DNA of 16,912 nucleotides from Octopus sinensis. Taxonomy: Eukaryota. The notes beneath the pieces were generated by a model that saw only the letters and a list, made by a program, of their open reading frames with translations, searched no databases and was not told the origin of the DNA. Shown piece by piece: positions 7,993 to 16,912 of the stretch; within the stretch, counting starts at the first letter, position 1; every line of letters starts with the position of its first letter. The position numbers were made by a program, and so were the translations under genes. The DNA is taken from NCBI RefSeq assembly GCF_006345805.1, contig NW_021825024.1, positions 1-16,912 on the forward strand, given 5' to 3'.

Positions 7993-8264
7993 GTATTTTC
8001 AGCTTTTGATGTAAACATCAATGAATGCTTTTGTTAAAAGAAAGCCTGCCAGTTACAGTTTTTGGAATTTCAAGGAATGTTTGATCCAAATATGTACGAT
8101 TGTTCTACACATCATTTATTTTCTTTCCTCCCCACGTTTCTCTCCTACTCCCTCCCTCCCTCTTTCTCTCTCTCTCTTCTTCGCCTTTTTGCCCCTCGGT
8201 CTCTCAATACTTACATCTAAAACATATGCAAACACAACGGACAAAGACAAACGGACAGTCATGC

Positions 8265-8337
<73 letters not shown>

Positions 8338-8338
8338 T

Positions 8339-8374
<36 letters not shown>

Positions 8375-8375
8375 G

Positions 8376-8455
<80 letters not shown>
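8265..8455. repeat. (GATA)n microsatellite
   Basis: About 190 nt of near-perfect tetramer repeat. Confidence 0.98.
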
Positions 8456-8545
8456 CGTATATATACGTATATATCTACCACAAATTTGTTCATTATTTAC
8501 ATTATTTACATTTGATGGATATTTGTCCTCATCTTGTTTGCTGTT

Positions 8546-8591
8546 AACACAGCGTTTCAGCTGATATACTCTCCAGCCTTCATCATGTGTC
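8546..8591 (-). ncRNA. Degenerate minimal type I hammerhead ribozyme motif
   Basis: GACAC-ATGATGA-A-GGCTG[loop]CAGCT-GAA-ACGC-T-GTGTT. Stems I and II pair fully (with G-U), but C3 is A (8586) and U16.1 is C (8552); probably inactive. Confidence 0.62.
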
Positions 8592-8652
8592 TTGGGGAAA
8601 TTTCGAACCTGGGTTCTCATTTCTAAGGTATTTTTCGATGTTGTTGCTGTTG

Positions 8653-8658
8653 TTATTC

Positions 8659-8739
<81 letters not shown>

Positions 8740-8764
8740 CATCATCATTATTATTATTATTATT
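8653..8764. repeat. (TAT)n microsatellite internal to the SINE-like element
   Basis: Direct trinucleotide repeat. Confidence 0.97.
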
Positions 8765-8860
8765 CAGATCACTGCCTGGAATCGAACTTGGAATACACGC
8801 ACGTAGACACATATACTTGTGTGTGTCTGTGCCTATGCCTGTGTGTATGTGTGTATCTGT

Positions 8861-8907
<47 letters not shown>

Positions 8908-9267
8908 TATGTGTGTGTGTGTGCGTGTGACGGTGCATGTGTGCTTTCTCGAACGTATGTGAGCGGTGGTTTTAGATATTTTGAAGAGAGCTGTTTGTGA
9001 GAAACTTATGTAAAGGTAGAAAAAAGAAAAACTAAGAAATGTGAGAGAATTCACTCTGTGCGCATGCGTGTGTGTGCGTGTGTGTATGTGTGTATGCGTG
9101 TGTGTGTGTGTGGGTGTGTGTGTGTATGGAGTTATTTAAATCTAGAACAATACAACAATAGAGAAACGAACGCATGGAATCTGAGTTGGTTCAATTTTTT
9201 TTAAATCTGGCAGAATGTAAGCGGAGAATGCATTGCAGTTGCTATGATGTCACACAGCCGTGTGTGT

Positions 9268-9308
<41 letters not shown>

Positions 9309-9587
9309 TGCTGTGACTGAGTCATAGGCGAAAGGTGATGTCCATGACCTGCTTTTCTTCCTCTCCCTTTTTTTTCTTCTTTTTCTTTTTTGCTCTTTCT
9401 TTTGCATTCTTAATTTCTTTTCCTGTGCAAACTTTGAGAGTTGTGGGAAGAGGAGTGAGAAGGTAACTGGGAAGCAAAAAAACAAGCTGGGACGCAGTGG
9501 TCTTTGCAACAGGTAGGTCAATCCTGTTGCCAGCGTGGTGGTGGTGGTGGTGGTGGTGGTGGTGGTGTATTTATTATTATCATTATT

Positions 9588-9967
9588 GGAGCTGGCAGAA
9601 ACGATAGCACGCCAGGGCGAAATGCTTAGCAATATTTCCTCCGTCTTTACGTTCTGAGTTCAAATTCTGCTCAGGTCGACTTTGCATTTCATCCTTTCGG
9701 GGTCGATTAAATAAGTACCAGTTACGCACTGGGGTCGATATAATCGACTTAATCCGTTTGTCCGTCCTTGTTTGTCCTCACTATGTTTAGCCCTTTGTGG
9801 GTAGTAAAGAAATAGGTATTTCATCCGAGTTTAAATCCTGCCCAGGTCGAATTTGCAGTTCATCCTTTCGGGGTTGATAAATTAAGTACCAGTTGTCTAC
9901 TGGGGTCAATCTAATCGACTGGCCCCTATCCCCCAAAATTTTCAGGCCTTCTGCCTACAGCAGAAAA
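9588..9967 (+). mobile_element. Dimeric SINE family A
   Basis: Head-core-tail X followed by B-box remnant-core-tail Y; same layout as 2240-2609. Confidence 0.87.
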
Positions 9968-10337
9968 GAAACGTTAGCACGCCGGGCGAAATGCTTAGCG
10001 GTATTTCGTCTGCTGTTACGTTCTGAATTCAAATTTCGCCGAAGTCGACTTTGCCCTTCATCCTTTCGGGGTCGATAAATTATGTACCAGTTACGCACTG
10101 GGGTCGATGTAATCGACTTAATCCCTTTGTCTGTCCTTCTTTGTCCTCTCTGTGTTTAGCCCCTTGTGGGTAGTAAATAGATAGGTATTTCGTCTGTCGC
10201 TACGTTCTGAGTTCAAATTCCGCCGTGGTCGACTTTGCCTTTCATCCTTTCGAGGTCGTTAAAAATAATAGAGTATCAGTCGAACTCTGGGGTTAATGTA
10301 ATCTATGGAGCACCTCTCCAGAAATTGCTGGCCTTAG
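9968..10337 (+). mobile_element. Dimeric SINE family A, lacking the first ~15 nt
   Basis: Starts at GAAACGTTAGCACGCCGGGCG; two cores; second tail degenerate. Confidence 0.87.
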
Positions 10338-10340
10338 TAA

Positions 10341-10508
10341 GGCGACAAGCTGACAGAATCGCTAGCAAAATGCTTAGCGGCATTTCGTTTGTCTTTGAGT
10401 TCTAAGTTCAAATCTCGCCTCAGTCAACTTCACCTTTACATCTTTCAGGGTGGATAAAATAAATACCAGTAAAATACTTGGGTTCAATGTAATCTCCACC
10501 ACCCCTCC
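10341..10508 (+). mobile_element. Diverged SINE family A monomer
   Basis: AGGCGACAAGCTGACAGAATCGCTAGCA...AGTTCAAATC...GGATAAAATAAATACCAGTAAAATACTTGGG. Confidence 0.75.
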
Positions 10509-10991
10509 CAACAACACCACCATCATATTGATCCCCGACTCCGTCTCTCTCACCACCATCACCACCACCTACAACAACATTATCTCACCCCTCCACCACC
10601 ACCCCCAGCTTCAACAAACTATTCGATTATCATAGCAAATCACCAATATAGCAGCCAATTCTCCCTCAGATAACACAGCGCTTTCGAAAATAAATATTTA
10701 CATTGGTTAATGTAGATGGAAGTCTTCGATATAAAGAGTGACGGGCATGGCTAGAACGTCTTTCATAACATGCCTCCATATTCTCGGTCGACTTGGAACG
10801 GGGAGGAGACAACAACACTCACAACAGCAACAACAAAAATAATACAAATGCCATCAACGTCTACACCGCCACCACTATCCCTACCGGCGGCGTCGCCAGG
10901 ATCAAATGGAGCGAATTCTAAATTATTACGTTTCATTATTAGATCTCCCCATCCTGGCCCCGCCAAGTGCGCCATCGATTTCGTTATTTCC

Positions 10992-11008
10992 TGCGTCATC
11001 TGACGTCA
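10992..11008. promoter_or_regulatory. Tandem CRE-type sites (TGCGTCA plus perfect TGACGTCA)
   Basis: Perfect CRE palindrome at 11001-11008 and a variant at 10992-10998, in unique CpG-rich sequence. Motif match only. Confidence 0.3.
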
Positions 11009-11055
11009 CAAAACACATTCACGTACATATTTACGCACGTAAAACACGTACGCTG

Positions 11056-11089
<34 letters not shown>

Positions 11090-11259
11090 ACGCACACACA
11101 CACACACACATTCACATACACACGCACACACATTCACATACACACGCACATTAGTTGCGCATTAGTTTTGCGCTTACGTATGCAATGACAAAGAGACAAA
11201 AAAACACGATCGTACATCAAATACTTACGTTCACGTATGCGGATTTAATTTTATTTGCA

Positions 11260-11340
<81 letters not shown>

Positions 11341-11574
11341 ATTTATATTAAAATGTAGATACAGAAAAGATGTAGCTACAAGTAACGTAACAATTATAAA
11401 AAAGAGAGAATGCAAAAGAAATATGGAAGCTGGTTTTATTAACTGAATTACCTTAAAAGTGGGACCGTTTGTGTGTGTTTGTTGTAGTGCAGATTTCTGC
11501 TCGTAATTTAAGACAAAAATTCGCTCGTACAGTAAATTAGTCGTACAATGGTGCACTCGTACTGCGATGTTCTG

Positions 11575-11645
11575 CTATCCTTTCAGGGTGGATAAAATAA
11601 GTACCAGTAAAATACTTGGGTTCGATGTAATCTTGCCCCCCCCCC
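11575..11645 (+). mobile_element. SINE family A core fragment (same variant as 10440-10495)
   Basis: CCTTTCAGGGTGGATAAAATAAGTACCAGTAAAATACTTGGGTTCGATGTAATCT. Confidence 0.7.
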
Positions 11646-11654
11646 CTTACCTAT

Positions 11655-11940
11655 GAGGTGGCAGAACCGTTAGCACACTGGATGAAATGCTAAGCGGTAT
11701 TTCGTCTGCCGCTACTTTCTGATTTCAAATTCTGTTCTGAGTTCAAATTATTATTTGTCCCCCACCCCACCATCACTTGACAACCGATGTTGGTGTGTTT
11801 ACGTCCCCGTAAACTAGCGGTTCGGTGAAAGAGACCGATAAAATAAGTACTACGCTTACAATGAATAAGTCCTGGGGTTGATTCGTTCGACTTCAGCATG
11901 GCCGCAGTCAAATGACTCAAACAAGTAAAAGAATAAAATA
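11655..11940 (+). mobile_element. Junction of a family A tRNA head (11655-11748) and a family B 3' half (11754-11940)
   Basis: The A head, ending in a duplicated TTCTGAGTTCAAATT, is joined directly to TTTGTCCCCCACC...CAGCATGGCCGCAGTCAAATGAC of family B. Confidence 0.8.
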
Positions 11941-12074
11941 ATAAAATTATAAAAATGATTTTTAAAAAAATATACTGTATAATACTGTTTCTACTTCGCG
12001 GATTTTCACTTATCGCGAGGGGGGGAGGGTGTGTTGGAACGTAATACCCGCGGTAGTCGAGGGATTATTGTATT

Positions 12075-12223
12075 TATTTATTGCCCACAAGGGGCTAAAC
12101 AGAGAGGTAACAAACAAGGACAGACAAAGGAATTAAGTCGATTACATCGACTCCAGTGCGTAGCTGGTACTTGTTTAATCGACCCCGATAGGATGAAAGG
12201 CAAAGTCGACCCCGGCGGAATTT
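12075..12223 (-). mobile_element. 5'-truncated SINE family A monomer (tail X) with an 18-nt TSD
   Basis: TCGAGGGATTATTGTATT (12057-12074) and TCGAGGGATTACTGTATT (12224-12241), 17/18 identical, flank the core and tail X. Confidence 0.88.
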
Positions 12224-12781
12224 TCGAGGGATTACTGTATTGCATGACGTACCAGTATTTGCCTGTGTGAGAGGTGCACGCTTAGAGCCCCTCAATGTCT
12301 GTCTGGTCCTTACCCCCTATGGTTACGGCTTTCTTACATTTCATGTGTTCCCGCCATTGCCCCCTTCCGTCTCTGCTCGTCATTAGTAAAACATCTTCGA
12401 CCTTAACCCAGCAGTTGACACGACTTAAAATCGTTCATATTTACCAAACCGTCTGGGTCAGACAGGCAGTTGATCTACATACGTCCTTCAATTCAACAGA
12501 GTTAATCATTACATTGTACTATTTTAGTTCAATAGATACTCTCCAACACAAACACACATCAACACAATCACTCACGAATACTCACGCATACTCACACACA
12601 CAAACACACGCAGATTTTGAAGCCTGTCATTTAAGTGACAATCATAATTTTGTATTTGTATTTTATTACGTTACAATTTCATTTTATATATTTTGTCTTC
12701 GGCAGTTTATTGCAAATATCTTTATGCAGTGCATATATGTGTGTACAAATGCATGTGTATGTATGTGCTTGTTGTGTGTGT

Positions 12782-12834
<53 letters not shown>

Positions 12835-12840
12835 AAATTC

Positions 12841-13224
12841 TTTTATTCTTTTACATGTTTCAGTCATTTGACTGCGGCCATGCTGCAGCACCGCCTTTAG
12901 TCGAACAAATCGACCCCAGGACTTATTCTTTGTAAGCCTAGTACTCATTCTACCGGTCTCTTTTGCCGAACCGCTAAGTTACGGAGACATAAACACATCA
13001 ACACCTTTTGTCAAGCGATGGTGGGTGGGGGACAAATACAGACACACATATATTTGTATATACGATGGGCTTCTTTCAGTTTCCGTCTACCAAATCCACT
13101 CACAAGGCTTTAGTCGGCCCGAGGCTATAGTAGGAGACACATGCCCAAGGTGCCACGCAATGGGACTGAACCCTGAACCATGTAGTTGGTAAGGAAGCCT
13201 CTTACCACACAGCCACTGCTGCGC
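12841..13224 (-). mobile_element. Full-length SINE family B
   Basis: Minus strand GCGCAGCAGTGGCTGTGTGGTAAG (A-box), GGTTCAGTCCC (B-box), GGCACCTTGGGCA (CORE-like), through to ATGACTGAAACATGTAAAAGAATAAAA. Confidence 0.92.
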
Positions 13225-13227
13225 TTC

Positions 13228-13231
<4 letters not shown>

Positions 13232-13277
<46 letters not shown>

Positions 13278-13278
13278 C
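13232..13278. repeat. (CT)n microsatellite
   Basis: Direct repeat. Confidence 0.95.
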
Positions 13279-14266
13279 TTAAAAGGATCGCATGAGTTGA
13301 TATATATATATGGAAGAAAATGTCAAGGTAGAAAATGCTAAAATAATTTGATAAAAAACATTTCTGTACCGGTTTCCGTCATTGAGACTTTTTCAACTGT
13401 AAGTATGGAAAACAATTAAATTTTAGAAAAATTAAATGAATATATATATATATGTGTGTGTTTGCGTGGGGGGGTATATATATATGTGTGTGTGTGGGTG
13501 TGGGTGGGTGTATATATATGTGTGTGTGTGTGTGTGGGTGGGTGTATATATATATATTATATGTGTGTGTGTGTGTGTGTGTGTATGTATATACATATAT
13601 AGTCCATGCACACGTAGGCACGGTCGTACAGACCTGCACGCACATATGCATCCGCAATGTTAACGCACTTTACTGGAAAGTCTTTGATCATTGATCTGCT
13701 CAGTCACGATTGATCAGGCTTTAAACAAAGCCCACTACTCCTACATACACGCACGCACCACGCACACACAGACGTTCCCGCCCCCTTCTTCACCTGCACG
13801 CTTGAAGGCCTCCCACCATAGAAACGCACTGCATAGTACCCCCTCAATTAGAATGTAATTATACACAAGCATTTTGCGGAACCCGTCAACAAGTCTATAC
13901 TCATAAAAAGCTGAACTACCAAAAAAATTTAAGAAATAAAAAAAAAAACAGGCTTAGAAATATGAGATAAAAGAATGAAAATTATTGAATAGATGAGAGA
14001 TGTGCCTGAAAGAAAAATCGTTTAATTAATCCGCTAATTAATTAATTAGATAATTAATTAAAAATTTAAGTACAATCAGTGCGTGTGATTTATTTGCAGA
14101 ATGACCTTCTCAGAATACATTGTTTTTCTCGTTTGTGTTTACTTGGGTTTTGATCATCTCTGATCGAAAAAAAAAACCAAAAAAGCAAAAAACAAATATA
14201 ACAAGCAATCCCATTATAGTCGTGACGGCCCTTTTTTCTAATTTTATTCAAGCATAGTGCAGCTGT

Positions 14267-14602
14267 GGAGACGCAATGGCCCAGTGGTTACGGCAGCGGA
14301 CTGGCGGTCGGAGGATCGCGGTTTCGATTCCTAGACCGGGCGTCAGAACGGGCGTTGTGTGTGTTTGTTGAGCGAAAACACCTAAAGCTCCACGAAGCTC
14401 TGACAGGAGCTGAGGGCACCCCTGTTGTACTCTTTCGTCCGAACTTTCCCTCACTCTTTCTTCCTGTTTCTTGAGTAACGCTGCGATGGACTGGCGTCCC
14501 GTTCAGCTGGGGGGGGGGGAGAACACATACGCCATAGAAACCAGGAAACAGGGCCCATGAGCCTGGCTATGCTTGAAAAGGCCGCATAAATAAAATTTAA
14601 AA
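14267..14602 (+). mobile_element. tRNA-derived SINE family C with a probable 11-nt TSD
   Basis: A-box TGGCCCAGTGG (14277-14287), B-box-like GGTTTCGATTCC (14320-14331), A-rich end; ATAGTGCAGCT (14254-14264) and ATAGTGCTGCT (14604-14614) flank it. Confidence 0.8.
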
Positions 14603-15059
14603 TATAGTGCTGCTAGAACATCACTATCCGCTGTTAGGTCTTGCCTTATTTTTGTTTCCGATGATGGAATGAAGTTTGAGGGAGAATTCAACTGGCATTT
14701 CTAGCACTGTCATATCGAAGCACTGTAATATAGAAGAGAGGGGAAAGGGGGGGGGGATAGGAAGGCTTCTGACAATGCGGGAATTTTAATAAAATCCTTA
14801 TATTTCAGGCGCAATGGCGCATCCATAGTTTAGCCATACAGGTCTACAACATGACATTTCCCAGACAGCTTTTCTTCTGAGGATGGGCTTTGCACCGAAA
14901 TTATTAAGCATTCTTAAACTTACCGCATTGTCAGATTGCATATTTCTTCACTTTTTTCTTTCACACACACGCACGCACACACACACTCATACACACACAC
15001 ACACACGCACACACGCACACACGCACACACACGCACACACACACACAAATATATATATA

Positions 15060-15126
15060 TAATACAATTGTTTGTTTGTATTCCACCTGCCTTCGTCTTT
15101 TGTCTATTTTCATAAAGCTTCCCGTT
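15060..15126 (+). mobile_element. 67-nt fragment of the PLE 3' terminus between microsatellites
   Basis: TAATACAATTGTT.GTTTGT.TTCCACCTGCCTTCGTCTTTTGT.TATTTTCATAAAGCTTCCCGTT matches 7482-7548; both copies run into (TA)n. Confidence 0.88.
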
Positions 15127-15338
15127 ATATATATATATATATATATGTGTATATATATATATATACACAGGCACACACGCATACATGTATGTACGTGTAG
15201 CACGGACTTTGTCAGTGAACAGGTCGCGGATTTTAGCGACGAAAATATTTTGACAAATTAAACTTAAATGTTGGAGTGAATCGAACGGCTTTTGTGTGTT
15301 TCTTAAATGGCTTATAAAAACCTTCCACGCTGCAATTG

Positions 15339-15449
15339 TATATATATATATATTATATATATTATATATATTATATTATATATATATATATAGATATATA
15401 TATATATATAATATGTATGTATGTAGTTATATAGCATATATATATATAA

Positions 15450-15491
<42 letters not shown>

Positions 15492-15570
15492 ATATATATA
15501 TATATATATATAGTATATATATATATATATATATTATATATTTATATATATATATATATATAATAATATA
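15339..15570. repeat. Imperfect (TA)n microsatellite
   Basis: About 230 nt that are almost only A and T. Confidence 0.97.
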
Positions 15571-15704
15571 AATACAAAATGGGACAACAACGCAAAACAC
15601 TCAAATAGACGACACAAAAAACGGACGGGTCATTCGAAGCCTCGAATCTTCAGTCAAGAACCGGATCATCCTCGCAATTTCGGCTGACACATATTTATAT
15701 GAAT

Positions 15705-15840
15705 GTGTGTGTGTGTATATGTCTGTGTCAGTCTTTGTGTGTGTGTCTTTGTGTATGTGTTTGTTTTGTATTGTTTATGTCCACACAACATATCGGTTCG
15801 GAAAAAAGACACCGATAAAATAAGTTCTAGACTTTTAAAA
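15705..15840 (+). mobile_element. Degenerate SINE family B 3' fragment
   Basis: TG-rich linker followed by GGTTCGGAAAAAAGACACCGATAAAATAAGTTCTAG. Confidence 0.55.
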
Positions 15841-15862
15841 AAAGCTATACAACCATAATTCT

Positions 15863-15984
15863 CTACCAAATCCACTGACAAGGCTTTGGTCGGTCCGAGA
15901 TTATAGTAGAAGGCACGTGCGCGAGGTGTCACGCAGTGGGACTGAACCCGGAAACATAGTTGGGAAGCATGCTTCTACCACACA
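15863..15984 (-). mobile_element. SINE family B 5' half (head plus CORE-like region)
   Basis: CTACCAAATCCACTGACAAGGCTTTGGTCGG...GCAGTGGGACTGAACCCGGAAAC matches 13087-13210. Confidence 0.82.
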
Positions 15985-16659
15985 TGCACACACACACTCA
16001 AAGACATTAAAATATATATACTCTGTCACATACAAGTATAAAAATATACACAACAAATACACGTGGCCATATTTATACACACTTCATCATACAAATATAC
16101 ATACATGCACACCTGCGTACATAATGTAAATATACACCGCTCACTATAGGTTTATATACACGCTTACGCACAAAATACATATGCACACAGACGCGCATAG
16201 ACTTTCTGCAAACTCACACACACACATGCATATATACAAACACATACACACACACGCACACTAACATATGTATACACACACTAACACACCCACATATCAT
16301 GGACAGTCCAGGGCAAGACTTCCGCCCGTCCCGTCCCCCACCCTCAATACCGATTTTTGGCATTTTTCCGGAATCTCCGTTGCCGAAAACGTAGGGTTTT
16401 GGCAAAAAAAATTTTTTTCAAATCTCGGAGAACCCTTCCCGTGTGTCGGTCGGTCGTTTTATACCCGTGTCTGTCTACATAGCAACAGGCAGCTTCCGTC
16501 TGTCCGTACGTTGCTGTCTGTCCGTCTGTCTGTCTGCCTCTCCGTCGTCGGACCGTTTGTCTGTCTGTTTGTCCGGCAGTTTGTTTGCTTGTCTGGTTTA
16601 TCCCCCCCCCCCGTTCATCACACCGACGATGTTCTTCTTTGACAGTATAACTGCTTGCC

Positions 16660-16760
16660 TGTCCTTCTGCTTGCCTGTCCGTCTGCTTGCCTGTCCGTCT
16701 GTCTGTCTGCTTGCCTGTCCGTCTGTCCGTCTGCCTGTCTGGCTGTCTGTCTGCCTCTGT
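16660..16760. repeat. Degenerate (CTGT/CTGC/CCGT)n tetramer repeat
   Basis: Direct imperfect repeat. Confidence 0.85.
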
Positions 16761-16852
16761 TTACATATATATCAACTCTCGCTTAGCAATGTTGGTGGTG
16801 GCGGGGAAGCAGTCTCCTTCAGCCTCGCCCTCTCTTTCACCCACCCTGTATC

Positions 16853-16912
16853 ACGCTCTCTCTCTCTCTCTATCTCTCTCTCTATTTATCTATCTCTCTC
16901 TCTATCTATCTA
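16853..16912. repeat. (CT)n/(CTAT)n microsatellite
   Basis: Direct repeat at the window end. Confidence 0.9.

Larger units (their letters stand above)
8483..8793 (-). mobile_element. SINE-like element: Pol III B-box remnant + (AAT)n + body with hammerhead + AATGTAAAT tail (copy 2)
   Basis: Minus strand: CCAAGTTCGATTCCAGGCAG (B-box GTTCGATTCC at 8778-8787), ~110 nt (AAT)n, body homologous to 531-672. The A-box is not present in this copy. Confidence 0.7.

Noticed and set aside
9340-9520. Plus-strand microexon after a long polypyrimidine tract (GAG|AGTTG...GAGAAG|GTAACT)
   Set aside because: Weak GAG acceptor, and the tract is simple low-complexity sequence; no supporting exons.
14034-14049. 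Perfect 16-nt palindrome CTAATTAATTAATTAG
   Set aside because: It is simply (TAAT)n low complexity and is expected in AT-rich DNA.
14267-14340. Genuine tRNA genes at SINE heads (also 1432, 1699, 13224)
   Set aside because: No full cloverleaf or acceptor stem, and each continues into a SINE body.
15625-15690. Hammerhead-like CTGAAGA...GAA on the minus strand next to (TA)n
   Set aside because: The position after GAA is T rather than A, the GAA is sequestered in a TTCGA/TCGAA hairpin, and there is no convincing stem I. It may be a repeat terminus, but a ribozyme is not supported.
15705-15984. Single SINE B with a twin-priming inversion
   Set aside because: The order (3' part on +, then 5' part on -) does not fit twin priming; more simply two separate decayed copies.
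7-16642. Dozens of short ORFs rich in CV/HT/YI/LS/N/Y runs (e.g. 8116-8493, 8204-8938, 11251-11556, 13379-13694)
   Set aside because: They are translations of microsatellites, not proteins.

Overview
AT-rich, repeat-dense eukaryotic DNA, mostly intronic or intergenic. The SINE families and the microsatellite load look like an octopus (cephalopod) genome; this is recognition from memory, not a database result. No complete protein-coding gene is visible, and most ORFs in the track are translated microsatellites. Main contents: (1) a 5'-truncated Penelope-like retroelement (PLE) at 5247-7548, with RT and GIY-YIG domains broken by frameshifts and a minimal hammerhead-ribozyme (HHR) motif near its probable 3' end; (2) two copies of a short repeat carrying a second PLE-type hammerhead, one of them linked to a Pol III B-box, which suggests a possible tRNA-headed hammerhead SINE; (3) a CR1/L2-group LINE 3' fragment; (4) about 15 copies or fragments of three tRNA-derived SINE families (here called A, B, C), including dimers, a chimera and several target-site duplications (TSDs); (5) one candidate 101-nt minus-strand exon and three weak candidate regulatory patches.
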